Sequence record: OP380601.1
DNA length: 64,000 nt
Direction: 5' to 3' (one strand)
Numbering within the stretch: position 1 is the first letter of the stretch; every line of letters starts with the position of its first letter. The translations under genes were made by a program, and so were the position numbers. The notes beneath the pieces are model-generated. The model was not told the origin of the DNA. It saw only the letters and a program-made list of their open reading frames with translations, and searched no databases. Shown in pieces: positions 39,476 through 48,844 of the stretch.

Positions 39476-39847
39476 ATGATTCGAATTGGTTTGTATAACC
39501 CACAAGATTTTTTAAAGGTTCGGGAAACTTTGACCCGCATTGGTATTGCTAATCGCGAAACTAAACATATTTGGCAAAGCTGTCATATCATCCAGAAAAA
39601 TGGATTTTATTATGTGGCTCACTTTAAAGAACTTCTGAGGCGAGATGGTAGAGACGTTGTTATGTCTCAAGAGGATGTAGATCGCTGTTATGATATCGCG
39701 TATCTGCTTGAGGATTGGGATTTGTGTTCTGTAATTGATACTATGGAACGACCTAACCGATTTGAGTTCCACGTTATCTCTCACAAAGAGAAATCTGAAT
39801 GGATCCACAAGAGCAAATACATTTTCAAGAAAAATGTTCATAGCTGA
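39476..39847 (+). CDS. regA: Translational repressor RegA
   Basis: DFLKVRETLTRIGIAN, QSCHI, HFKELL. Confidence 0.97.
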   Translation: MIRIGLYNPQDFLKVRETLTRIGIANRETKHIWQSCHIIQKNGFYYVAHFKELLRRDGRDVVMSQEDVDRCYDIAYLLEDWDLCSVIDTMERPNRFEFHVISHKEKSEWIHKSKYIFKKNVHS

Positions 39848-39866
39848 TCCATTTGTTTGTTAGAAT
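39835..39866 (+). promoter_or_regulatory. Gene 43 promoter TGTTCATAG-N14-TGT-TAGAAT
   Basis: Member of the repeated promoter class. Confidence 0.7.
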
Positions 39867-39878
39867 GATATAACACAT

Positions 39879-39900
39879 TGGGGGATTATTATATCCCCCA
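39879..39900 (+). promoter_or_regulatory. Leader hairpin upstream of the gene 43 SD (candidate autogenous translational operator)
   Basis: TGGGGGAT-TATTAT-ATCCCCCA; T4 gp43 binds a hairpin at this position. Confidence 0.6.
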
Positions 39901-39919
39901 TCTTTGTATGGAGAATATA

Positions 39920-41443
39920 ATGAATTTTTACACTAACGTATGGATGGATGGAAACACCATCTACGATAGATATTTTGACTCAAATGGTAACGATAAAATA
40001 AGAAAGGTTCGGTATTCGCCAACTCTGTACCGTCATGTTGGAAACCATATAGAAACTAAGTTCAAAGATATATATGATCGAAAATGCTTACCTAAGACTC
40101 TTGAATCCATTGGTGAAGCCAGAAAATGGTTTAAAGAAATGCAGTCTATGGATAAAGAAGTATTGGGTATGGATAACTACACTTTCCAATATATTTCTGA
40201 TACGTATGGTGCTAATGCCCAATATGATTATTCTATGCTCGATATTATGTTTTTGGATATTGAGGTCCCAACTGATGGACCTTTCCCAGACACCACTAAT
40301 TGTGCATATGAAATAGATACTATCCAGATTTATAGCACCAAGATGAACAAATACTTTATCTGGACAACCAGAGAATGGGATTGTAATAAATCGATTCTAG
40401 ATAAAGAAGTTTTGGATCATGTTGAATATCATCATAATGGTTCAGAAAAAGAAATCCTTATTCGTTTTTTACAATTCTTTACAGAAAATACTCCACATTA
40501 TGTTAGTGGTTGGAACTCAGAAGGGTTTGATATTCCGTACATTGCCAGACGAATTAAAAAAATATTGGGTGATAAATTCCTCAATAAACTGAGTCCATTC
40601 GGTACTGTAAATGAAATCATTACCAAAGATGATAACGATGATGAAGTTATTACTTACGATATTACTGGTGTTAACTGTATTGACTTCATGGCAGCATATA
40701 AGAAATTTACATTCACAACCAGACCAAACTATAAACTAGATACTATCGCAGAAGCTGAGTTGGGTATTAATAAAGTAGAAATGACTCATCGGACGTATTT
40801 GGATTTCGCTACAAAAGATCCACAAACATATATTGATTACTCTATTCGAGACGTTGAGATTATCAAAAACCTTGAGATTCGACTGAGTTTGATTTATCTA
40901 ATTGCTTCTGTATCTTATTATGCTGGTGTAAATGCTGCTGACGTTTTCAGTCCTTTGAAGACTTGGGACGCAATCATTTATAACAGTCTATTAGAACAAG
41001 GTATTATCATTCCTGAGAATAAACATGCACAACGGGCTAAGTTCGCAGGTGCGTATGTTAAAGACCCGATTCCGGGGATGTATCAGTGGCTCCTTTCGTT
41101 CGACTTGACCTCACTGTATCCGCATATCATCATGGGAACGAATATCTCCCCAGAAACGTTAGTGGACCAAATCGATATTCCAAGGATCTTGGTTAAAGAC
41201 CGTATGGTTCCGGATATCGATGGTGTTGGTTTGGTAAATGGTACTTATAACGTACCGCACGAAGGTAAATATTCGTTTGCAGCAAATGGTGTTCGGTATC
41301 GTACCGATATGCGGGGATTCCTTCCTATTGAGGTTGAAAAGGTATTTAAACAGCGTAAGGCTGCAAAGACAGACGAATTTAGAGCGGATGCCCTAGCAAC
41401 CCGAGCCGCTAAGATCCTAGCTATGCGTCATCATAAGGAATAA
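39920..41443 (+). CDS. gp43A: DNA polymerase N-terminal subunit (exonuclease, palm motif A)
   Basis: FLDIEV, GWNSEGFDIPY, SFDLTSLYPHII; ends within the fingers region. Confidence 0.96.
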   Translation: MNFYTNVWMDGNTIYDRYFDSNGNDKIRKVRYSPTLYRHVGNHIETKFKDIYDRKCLPKTLESIGEARKWFKEMQSMDKEVLGMDNYTFQYISDTYGANAQYDYSMLDIMFLDIEVPTDGPFPDTTNCAYEIDTIQIYSTKMNKYFIWTTREWDCNKSILDKEVLDHVEYHHNGSEKEILIRFLQFFTENTPHYVSGWNSEGFDIPYIARRIKKILGDKFLNKLSPFGTVNEIITKDDNDDEVITYDITGVNCIDFMAAYKKFTFTTRPNYKLDTIAEAELGINKVEMTHRTYLDFATKDPQTYIDYSIRDVEIIKNLEIRLSLIYLIASVSYYAGVNAADVFSPLKTWDAIIYNSLLEQGIIIPENKHAQRAKFAGAYVKDPIPGMYQWLLSFDLTSLYPHIIMGTNISPETLVDQIDIPRILVKDRMVPDIDGVGLVNGTYNVPHEGKYSFAANGVRYRTDMRGFLPIEVEKVFKQRKAAKTDEFRADALATRAAKILAMRHHKE

Positions 41444-41445
41444 AA

Positions 41446-42618
41446 ATGAATTTGGATTATACAGATGAACAATTGGAGTCCATGACGGACTCCGAATTAG
41501 AACAATTAATTGTTGATTGTCGCAAATACGAAAAGGTATCTAACGTAAACCAACAAGCAAAAAAAGTATTGATCAACTCTCTTTATGGTTCATTGGGTCA
41601 TCCGGTTGGGCGCTATTATGATCTTCGAATGGCAGAATCAATTACCATGGGTGGTCAACTTGCAATTAAATGGATTGCGCGTGAAACTAATAATTATTTT
41701 GATAAATTGTGTGGTACGAACGGGCACCCGTATGTGATCTATTGTGATACCGACTCTCAATATCTATGTGTCGATAAATTCGTTCAAATGATGGCTGAAA
41801 AGAAGGGTATTGCGGTTGATGATATCCCCCCAATCAAATGGGTAGATATGTTGGATAAGTTCGCTAAGGAGCGTGTAGAGCCGTATATCGACAAGTCATA
41901 TCAAGATCTAAAGAACTACATGAACTATTACGACCATAAGTTGTTTATGGACCGCGAAGTAATTGCAACCCGTGGCTTCTGGACTAAGAAAAAACGTTAT
42001 GCTCTATCGGTTTGGGATAACGAGGGTAAACGTAAACTGGATAAAGATGGTAACGTAGTTCCTAAGCTTAAAATAATGGGTATCGAAACCCGTAGGAGTA
42101 GTACGCCCCCACATGCTTCAGTTAGTCTTGAGAAATGTATCGAGATTATTTTGACTGGTAATGAATCAGAACTTCAAGACTACGTTGAGACTGTTCGTGA
42201 TGGATATTCAAAGCAGGATTATAGGAAGATTGCTCAGGTTAGTAGTGTTAAGAGTATCGACCGTAGTCATGAAAACTTTGTTCCTGTAAGTGGGTGTCCG
42301 GGGCATGTAAAAGCCGCAATAAACCATAACCGTATTGCTGCCAGTCTAAGCGCACAAGGTAAGCACGTTGATCCTATTCGCCAAGGTGAGAAGATCCAAT
42401 TCCTGATGTTGAAAGTTCCTAACGTATATCATGCAGAAACCCTTGCTTGGCCCTCTGGGGATAAGATTCCTGAAGAGTTTGGGTTGGATCTAAAGAAGGA
42501 TATTGATTATGTGGGGATGTATTGTAAGAGCTTCCAGAAGCCCCTAGATACTATATGTACTGCTATCGGTTGGAAACAAGAGAAAACTGTTTCTCTAGAA
42601 GATCTATTCGATTTCTAA
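41446..42618 (+). CDS. gp43B: DNA polymerase C-terminal subunit
   Basis: KVLINSLYG, YCDTDS, KKRYAL, PIP-like SLEDLFDF; own AAGGA SD. Confidence 0.96.
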   Translation: MNLDYTDEQLESMTDSELEQLIVDCRKYEKVSNVNQQAKKVLINSLYGSLGHPVGRYYDLRMAESITMGGQLAIKWIARETNNYFDKLCGTNGHPYVIYCDTDSQYLCVDKFVQMMAEKKGIAVDDIPPIKWVDMLDKFAKERVEPYIDKSYQDLKNYMNYYDHKLFMDREVIATRGFWTKKKRYALSVWDNEGKRKLDKDGNVVPKLKIMGIETRRSSTPPHASVSLEKCIEIILTGNESELQDYVETVRDGYSKQDYRKIAQVSSVKSIDRSHENFVPVSGCPGHVKAAINHNRIAASLSAQGKHVDPIRQGEKIQFLMLKVPNVYHAETLAWPSGDKIPEEFGLDLKKDIDYVGMYCKSFQKPLDTICTAIGWKQEKTVSLEDLFDF

Positions 42619-42620
42619 GA

Positions 42621-42652
42621 TGTTCATGGGTCATTATATTTCGTGGTATAAT
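42621..42652 (+). promoter_or_regulatory. Promoter TGTTCATGG-N14-TGG-TATAAT
   Basis: Repeated class; within a perfect 13-bp inverted repeat at 42626-42659. Confidence 0.7.
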
Positions 42653-42674
42653 GACCCATACTAAATGAGGAAAT

Positions 42675-43094
42675 GTGATGTTAGACCAAGAAAGTAATAA
42701 AGATAAACTAGAAGTTTTCATTTCTGAAGATAAACAATATAAAAAAATAAAGGCTCATATAAATGATGAGATCTGTTCATTAATAAAAAATGATTTGTTT
42801 AATAGAGAAAATAAAGATACCAATTCTTACTCCGAAGAATATATCACTTCACTTCGGGAAGTGATAGAAAAATATTATGATAAAAATTTAATAGATTCAT
42901 TTAGTATTACTACTAATGATCTTAGAGATGTAGTTAAGATTTTATTTGAAACTAAAGTTCGTAGTTTCCCTATATTTGTAACTAGTGATTCTACCCATAT
43001 TCGTCTCAATTTAGAACAACCTACAACCGAAGCACTTAAAAATAATAAGTATCTAATAAAATTACATAAAACTCTCGAATCCGAATTCAAATAA
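42675..43094 (+). CDS. Hypothetical protein
   Basis: GAGG SD; 139 aa; AT-rich. Confidence 0.75.
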   Translation: MMLDQESNKDKLEVFISEDKQYKKIKAHINDEICSLIKNDLFNRENKDTNSYSEEYITSLREVIEKYYDKNLIDSFSITTNDLRDVVKILFETKVRSFPIFVTSDSTHIRLNLEQPTTEALKNNKYLIKLHKTLESEFK

Positions 43095-43113
43095 TTAAAC
43101 AGGAAAATATAAA

Positions 43114-44220
43114 ATGGCTAAGAAAGCTAAAGTTGTTAATAGTGGGGCTCTACTTGAACGTTTGAATGGTACTTCATCTAATAAAATGAGTGCTATGTTG
43201 GCTGAAAGTATCTTTTTTAATGATAAGGATACGATCCGAACCCGAGTACCTATTATCAACTTGATGATGAGTGGTCGCTTAGACGGTGGTATCACTCCGG
43301 GTCTTACCTGTATTGCAGGACCTTCAAAACACTTTAAATCTAACCTAAGTCTGGTAATGGTTTCTGCATATTTGAGAAAATATCCAGATGCTGTATGTCT
43401 ATTCTTTGATAATGAATTTGGTTCTACCCCCGATTATTTCACATCACAGGGTGTTGATATTTCTCGCGTAATTCATTGCCCATTTATCGATGTTGAAGAG
43501 TTGAAATTTGATATCGTTAAAAAACTTGAAGCAATTACCAGAGGCGATAAAGTTATTATCTATATCGATTCTATTGGTAACGTTGCATCTAAGAAAGAAT
43601 TGCAAGATGCGAAGGATGAAAAGTCTGCTCAGGATATGACCCGAGCGAAGCAGATTAAGAGTCTGTTCCGGATGGTTACTCCATATCTAACTGTACTTGA
43701 TATTCCATGTATCGCAGTTAACCACACATACGAAACACAAGAGATGTTTAGTAAAACCGTAATGTCCGGTGGTACTGGTCCAATGTATTCTGCTGATACC
43801 GTAATTATTCTTGGTAAACAACAAGACAAGGACGGGAAAGAACTTCTAGGTTATAATTTCGTGATGAATGCTGAGAAAAGTCGGGCAATCAAAGAAAAAT
43901 CCAAACTGGATTTGATGGTATCGTTTGAAGGTGGTATAAACACATATTCTGGTCTTTTGAAAATCGCTCAAGAGCTTGGGTTTGTAACTAAGCCTCAAAA
44001 TGCACGTTACCAACGTAATTTCTTAGATCTGGAAACTGGTGAGATGGTTATTCCGGAAGATGAAAAGAAATGGACCGAACAAGAGTCAGATAGTCTTGAA
44101 TTCTGGAAACCCATGTTCTCTCATAAACCATTTATGGATGCAGTTTCTAACGCATATAAACTGAAAGCCGTAGAAGTTTCTCAGGAAGTGTTTGATGAAG
44201 TAGAACAACTTTTCGGTTAA
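43114..44220 (+). CDS. uvsX: RecA-like recombinase UvsX
   Basis: AGPSKHFKS, DNEFG, IDSIG, NHTY, SGGTG. Confidence 0.98.
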   Translation: MAKKAKVVNSGALLERLNGTSSNKMSAMLAESIFFNDKDTIRTRVPIINLMMSGRLDGGITPGLTCIAGPSKHFKSNLSLVMVSAYLRKYPDAVCLFFDNEFGSTPDYFTSQGVDISRVIHCPFIDVEELKFDIVKKLEAITRGDKVIIYIDSIGNVASKKELQDAKDEKSAQDMTRAKQIKSLFRMVTPYLTVLDIPCIAVNHTYETQEMFSKTVMSGGTGPMYSADTVIILGKQQDKDGKELLGYNFVMNAEKSRAIKEKSKLDLMVSFEGGINTYSGLLKIAQELGFVTKPQNARYQRNFLDLETGEMVIPEDEKKWTEQESDSLEFWKPMFSHKPFMDAVSNAYKLKAVEVSQEVFDEVEQLFG

Positions 44221-44228
44221 TTAATATC

Positions 44229-44248
44229 AAGGGGCTTATTAGCCCCTT
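44229..44248 (+). terminator. Hairpin after uvsX
   Basis: AAGGGGCT-TATT-AGCCCCTT; weak U-tract. Confidence 0.5.
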
Positions 44249-44264
44249 CCAAAATGGTAAATAT

Positions 44265-44696
44265 ATGACTAATGAACAAATAGAATTATTTATTGACTTT
44301 AGTAAAGATTATGGTTATTATCTAACTCATATGGGTTTTGAAGATACACCAACTTCTCTGGCTGTATATGAAGGGTATTTCAATTCTATGGGAGGTAAGA
44401 CAACCCTTATAATGGAGCCGAATCGCGGTAAAATATTTTCGGAGATAAAATATCAAATTAACGAACTTTGTAGAATTCTAAATTATACATGTATTATAGA
44501 AAATAATATAAAATCCTTGAAACTAGAAAATCGCTCTTACTTTAAAGTAATAAAAACTCCTCTTGATCTGAAAGGGTGGGGTTTTAGTCATCTTTTAGTT
44601 CAGGATGGATTTCAAGACCAAAAATATTTTTCCGAATATTTTTACCCTATAATTGCCGCTAGTAGATCTAAGGTAAGTATCATTATCACACCCTAA
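44265..44696 (+). CDS. Hypothetical protein
   Basis: 143-aa ORF. Confidence 0.7.
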   Translation: MTNEQIELFIDFSKDYGYYLTHMGFEDTPTSLAVYEGYFNSMGGKTTLIMEPNRGKIFSEIKYQINELCRILNYTCIIENNIKSLKLENRSYFKVIKTPLDLKGWGFSHLLVQDGFQDQKYFSEYFYPIIAASRSKVSIIITP

Positions 44697-44699
44697 ATA
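44693..44699 (+). promoter_or_regulatory. Putative late promoter CTAAATA for gene 40
   Basis: 37 nt before the gp40 ATG. Confidence 0.6.
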
Positions 44700-44735
44700 T
44701 AAGTGGGAGTTAAATCCCACTCTTCGAGATAAATT

Positions 44736-45017
44736 ATGGAAGAAGAGTACAACGAAAATAAATATAAAGATGTTATCAATTCCGCACTAAAGGACGTTCT
44801 TCAAGAAGCAATTATAGAACATGATGGTGAAAAATACCTTGTGTTCATCCACAACATACAGTATGATAACGGAAATCTTATACTCGATTGGTCCACTCCA
44901 CACGAAGAAGATAAAGAAATCCTTTACCCTATGGTATGTTCTATGGTAAAATTGCAACTTGGTGAATTCAAACCTTCTTTGTGGGATAGATTTTTATCTA
45001 TATTCAAAAGAGGTTAA
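44736..45017 (+). CDS. gp40: Head vertex assembly chaperone
   Basis: INSALKDVLQE...LVFIHNI..DNGNLILDW; between uvsX and 41. Confidence 0.85.
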   Translation: MEEEYNENKYKDVINSALKDVLQEAIIEHDGEKYLVFIHNIQYDNGNLILDWSTPHEEDKEILYPMVCSMVKLQLGEFKPSLWDRFLSIFKRG

Positions 45018-45020
45018 CAA

Positions 45021-45545
45021 ATGGTAGATCAAGTAACGAGTCGTGTAGATCATAAACAAGGTAGAGACGTTAACGGTTGGCCCTTCGATCAGGTATTCAC
45101 TTGGTATCAACCACACGAAACAACCGGTGTGATGTATCCAGTACAACAGACTATTTATGAACGATTGCAATTAATCTATACAGAACCTACTTATTTGCCG
45201 GGTATTAATGACGGTGAATTTGTTAAAGTCATTGGATTAAATGATACCGAGTGGGATGATCCTAAATTCGACCCCGGCGAAGTTTATGAAATATATCTAG
45301 AAGACGGTCAGAAGTTTATTTGTTGCTGGAATCATAAAACGATTCTACTCAATCCCCAGCGCGAAACTCAAGCCTATTATGCCGGTTCTTATATTGGTTA
45401 TAATGGGGTTCCTGTTAGGCGTATTAAGAGAGTTAAACTTACTCCTAAATTTAAGCCAGATTTTTGGATGAATGTTATTACAGAAAATGATCAGCCTTAT
45501 CGGGGTCCCGGTAATATCATGCACGTTTCCGCAAAATTAGTATAA
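45021..45545 (+). CDS. Hypothetical protein
   Basis: 174-aa ORF with GAGG SD. Confidence 0.75.
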   Translation: MVDQVTSRVDHKQGRDVNGWPFDQVFTWYQPHETTGVMYPVQQTIYERLQLIYTEPTYLPGINDGEFVKVIGLNDTEWDDPKFDPGEVYEIYLEDGQKFICCWNHKTILLNPQRETQAYYAGSYIGYNGVPVRRIKRVKLTPKFKPDFWMNVITENDQPYRGPGNIMHVSAKLV

Positions 45546-45552
45546 TATAGAT

Positions 45553-45582
45553 GTTTACCCACGACCCAAGATGTGATATCAT
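45553..45582 (+). promoter_or_regulatory. T4-early-type promoter GTTTACC-17-(TGA)TATCAT for gene 41, inside a terminator-like hairpin
   Basis: GTTTAC -35, extended -10; stem CCCACGACC/GGTCGTGGG then T-tract. Confidence 0.7.
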
Positions 45583-45617
45583 ACGGTCGTGGGTTTTTCT
45601 TTTTTAAGAGGTTTTTA

Positions 45618-47180
45618 ATGAGCATTAATATGAGTCAGATTATTATCAATAATCTGATATATAACGGCGAATATTTCGGGAAGGTATATCCGTTCCTTGA
45701 GTCTTCCTATTTTTCTAAGGGACCATATCGTATTGCATTTGATATGATCCAAGAACATGCTAAAAAACATAACAAAGCCCCAAGTGTGGCTGCATTAAGT
45801 GTTATGGTTGAGCGTAAACAGAATATGAGTCAGGTAGAATATGACCAGACCAAAATTCTAATTAGTCGAATTGAACAAGCACCGGAAGATAAAAACTGGC
45901 TAATTGACGAAACCGAAAGGTTTTGTAAAGAACGTGCAATAGACATTGCATTATCTGAGTGTATTCAGATCCGAGAAAATTTCTCGAAACCTCTTGATGA
46001 ACAAGACCCAAAAATTAAAGATATTGGGGCTATGCAGGAGATCATGAAAAAAGCTATGTCGGTTGGTTTTACTTTCGATATAGGTCACGATTATATGGGG
46101 CAGGCTGAGGAACGTTGGGAAGCGTATAATCAGAAGACCAATAAGATCCCGTTCTTAAATCATATGCTGAACAGGATCACCAAGGGTGGCGTTGAAATTG
46201 GTACTTTAAACGTAATCCTTGCTGGTACTGGTGTTGGTAAATCTATCGGTCTATGTCACCTTGCAACTGAGTATATGCAACTCGGATTAAACGTCTTATA
46301 CGTTTCATTTGAAATGAGTGAAGAAACCGTAGGTAAGCGTATAGACGCGAATTTGATGGACCTTACACTTGACGATCTTGACAGTGGATTGATCCAAAAA
46401 ACTGAGTTTATGAACCGGTTTACCAAAAAGGTTATTGGTAAGAAACTTGGTAAACTGTATGTTAAACAGTTCCCAACGTCCGGTGCAAACGTAAATCATA
46501 TCAGAAACTTGATTGACGAACTCGAAATGAAAAAGGGTTTTAAACCTGATATAATCATGGTGGACTATCTTGGTATCATGGCTTCGTCTCGTATGAAGTT
46601 TTCAGATAATTCATACGCCTTCATCAAGGCAATTTCAGAAGAAGTTCGTGGACTTGCTATTGAGAAAAAGCTAGTTGCTTGGTCTGGCGCACAAACTAAC
46701 CGAGGTTCTTCTGACAGTCTTGAGATTGATAAGGCTGATATTGCGGATTCGTATGCGCTTCTTCATGGTTGTGATTTTGTTCTAGCAATTTCAGAAGATG
46801 AAGATCTTATTGGAATGGGTCAACAGTTGTTTAAACAGCTAAAATCTCGATATGGTGATATCAATACTTACAATAAGTTTTGTATGGTGGTCGAAAAGTC
46901 TAAAATGCGTTGGTCTGATCTTGACGAAACCACTCCGTACACGGTAGTATTTGAGAGAAAGGATCTGGAAGAACGTTCGGATATTAAAGCGGATTCAATT
47001 GTAGTTCGTACTGGGGACACTTCTACATCCGTTCCTGTAACTCTTGATCCTGAAATTGAGGATATTATTGATACTAAACCGCTTGGGAATGTATTGTTTA
47101 AACGTGCTATGACCAATGTCGATATTAAGATAGATTTCGATATCCCAGAAGATAATGACGATGATATCCCTTGGGACTAA
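45618..47180 (+). CDS. gp41: Replicative helicase
   Basis: AGTGVGKS, SFEM, VDYL, SGAQTNR, KSRYGD; start at ATG 45618. Confidence 0.97.
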   Translation: MSINMSQIIINNLIYNGEYFGKVYPFLESSYFSKGPYRIAFDMIQEHAKKHNKAPSVAALSVMVERKQNMSQVEYDQTKILISRIEQAPEDKNWLIDETERFCKERAIDIALSECIQIRENFSKPLDEQDPKIKDIGAMQEIMKKAMSVGFTFDIGHDYMGQAEERWEAYNQKTNKIPFLNHMLNRITKGGVEIGTLNVILAGTGVGKSIGLCHLATEYMQLGLNVLYVSFEMSEETVGKRIDANLMDLTLDDLDSGLIQKTEFMNRFTKKVIGKKLGKLYVKQFPTSGANVNHIRNLIDELEMKKGFKPDIIMVDYLGIMASSRMKFSDNSYAFIKAISEEVRGLAIEKKLVAWSGAQTNRGSSDSLEIDKADIADSYALLHGCDFVLAISEDEDLIGMGQQLFKQLKSRYGDINTYNKFCMVVEKSKMRWSDLDETTPYTVVFERKDLEERSDIKADSIVVRTGDTSTSVPVTLDPEIEDIIDTKPLGNVLFKRAMTNVDIKIDFDIPEDNDDDIPWD

Positions 47181-47183
47181 ATA
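47177..47183 (+). promoter_or_regulatory. Putative late promoter CTAAATA overlapping the gene 41 stop
   Basis: GAC TAA ATA upstream of 61.1. Confidence 0.55.
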
Positions 47184-47225
47184 ATAAACGGGGCTGTGTG
47201 GCCCCATTATTTTTAGGAGACAATT

Positions 47226-47669
47226 GTGAACAAAATGGAATCTGCATACTCTAAATGTATGTTTTCTTTGCTAAATAAACCTTTCCGTGATTGGGAAGCG
47301 TTTAGCGAAGGAATTATTGACGAACAAGGAAATAAAATTGGTGAACCTAAATCGGTTCGAGGCATTGCTGCATATACCAAATTTCACGAATCTGTTAACA
47401 CTCTAAAACAATGTATAGATACTTATAGTAATACCGGACTGATGGTTGATCTGTATGAAGTTAAATCTAAATGGAATACGTTAACAGAAAAATATGGGGC
47501 TCCAGATACAACCATTGAAAAACTATGTGAGGCTATGGTTGCTGGGGATAGTGGTGGAAGTGTAACTAATATTGCTACTGGCGTTACTACTGGTTCAGTT
47601 ACAGGTAAAGGTCCATCCGGTAAAAAACTGGTTAAAAAGAAAATTAAAAGTCCTCTAGTGAATGATTGA
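47226..47669 (+). CDS. gp61.1: gp61.1-type conserved protein
   Basis: LLNKPFRDWEAF..GIIDEQG, AYTKFH, GDSGG..IATG. Confidence 0.8.
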   Translation: MNKMESAYSKCMFSLLNKPFRDWEAFSEGIIDEQGNKIGEPKSVRGIAAYTKFHESVNTLKQCIDTYSNTGLMVDLYEVKSKWNTLTEKYGAPDTTIEKLCEAMVAGDSGGSVTNIATGVTTGSVTGKGPSGKKLVKKKIKSPLVND

Positions 47670-47726
47670 TACGTATATGTTACAAATTGTAAGTATATAC
47701 ACGTTTTCGTAACACATACGATACAG

Positions 47727-47748
47727 AAAGCCCCTTAATTGGGGCTTT
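47727..47748 (+). terminator. Terminator
   Basis: AAAGCCCC-TTAATT-GGGGCTTT-ATTTTT. Confidence 0.75.
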
Positions 47749-47794
47749 ATTTTTATGGGGAACCTGTGTTATACTAACGGAATAAGGGGGATTT

Positions 47795-48841
47795 ATGAAT
47801 ATTATTTCTATAGAAAGAGATTTCGCAACTCGTCTATCATATCGAATGGAGATGTGTACTGATCATGCCCGTGGTGTTGAGGTTAGGTATAACTTCAAAT
47901 GTCCACTATGTGGGGATGGTGATTCCGGTTATAAAACCCGTGGATGGTTATACGAGGATGACGGACACGTTAGATTTGGTTGCTTCAACTGTGGTCGAAA
48001 CTTTAAGCTAACAAACTATCTATACGACCATGAACCGGAAATGTATAGAGAATTTGCAAAAGAAAAGTTTTCAAATAAAGATGATAGTTGGGTGTCTGTT
48101 GAGAAACCAAAACCGAAACCAGTTGAAATCGTAAAAAAGAATGTGATACCATATTCGACTTGTATTGCAGATCTTCCAGAAAATCATCCCGCTGTTAAAT
48201 GGGTTGCCAATCGAAAGATCCCTAAACATCAATATCATCTATTTTTCTTCACAGACGAATGGAAGAAACTAGCAAATAATATAAAACCAGAAACATACTT
48301 GTATGATGACAAAAAAGAGTATAGACTAGTTATCCCGATCTATAATAAGGATGGAACTTATTCCTCATTGCAAGGTCGCGCACTAGATCCGAATGTAGAT
48401 AAAAGCCGCCGATACCTTACTATCAAAGCCGATGATAAGGCTTCTAAGGTTTATGGAATGGAAAGAGCGGATCCCAACAAAACCGTATGGATGTTAGAGG
48501 GTCCAATCGATAGTGTTTTCATTCCTAATGCATGTGCTATCGTAGGTGGTGTTATGGCACTTGAGGATGCACCATTTCCAGAAAAACGTGTTTGGGTACT
48601 TGACAAGGAAGACCGCTCTTTTGATACAATCAAACGGATAGAAAATTTGGTTAATGCTGGTGAACGGGTTGTCATATGGGACGAATGCCCATGGCAATCT
48701 AAAGATATAAATGATATGGTAAAAAATGACGGCGCTTGTATTGAAGATATCATTTCTTATCTAAAAGAACATACATACTATGGTCTACGGGCGGAACTTG
48801 CACTTAGCAAGTGGCGCAGATTTGGACATAAGAGGATTTAG
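47795..48841 (+). CDS. gp61: DNA primase
   Basis: CPLCGD...CFNC zinc finger, RLVIPI, QGRAL, LEGPIDS, KDINDM. Confidence 0.97.
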   Translation: MNIISIERDFATRLSYRMEMCTDHARGVEVRYNFKCPLCGDGDSGYKTRGWLYEDDGHVRFGCFNCGRNFKLTNYLYDHEPEMYREFAKEKFSNKDDSWVSVEKPKPKPVEIVKKNVIPYSTCIADLPENHPAVKWVANRKIPKHQYHLFFFTDEWKKLANNIKPETYLYDDKKEYRLVIPIYNKDGTYSSLQGRALDPNVDKSRRYLTIKADDKASKVYGMERADPNKTVWMLEGPIDSVFIPNACAIVGGVMALEDAPFPEKRVWVLDKEDRSFDTIKRIENLVNAGERVVIWDECPWQSKDINDMVKNDGACIEDIISYLKEHTYYGLRAELALSKWRRFGHKRI

Positions 48842-48844
48842 TTT

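Noticed and set aside
41420-41460. Programmed frameshift joining 43A and 43B
   Set aside because: No XXXYYYZ slippery site before the stop; 43B has its own SD, which fits the known two-subunit form
47744-47775. Primase promoter as a member of the TGTTCATRG class
   Set aside because: Has TGT-TATACT, but the upstream 9-mer (GCTTTATTT) does not match
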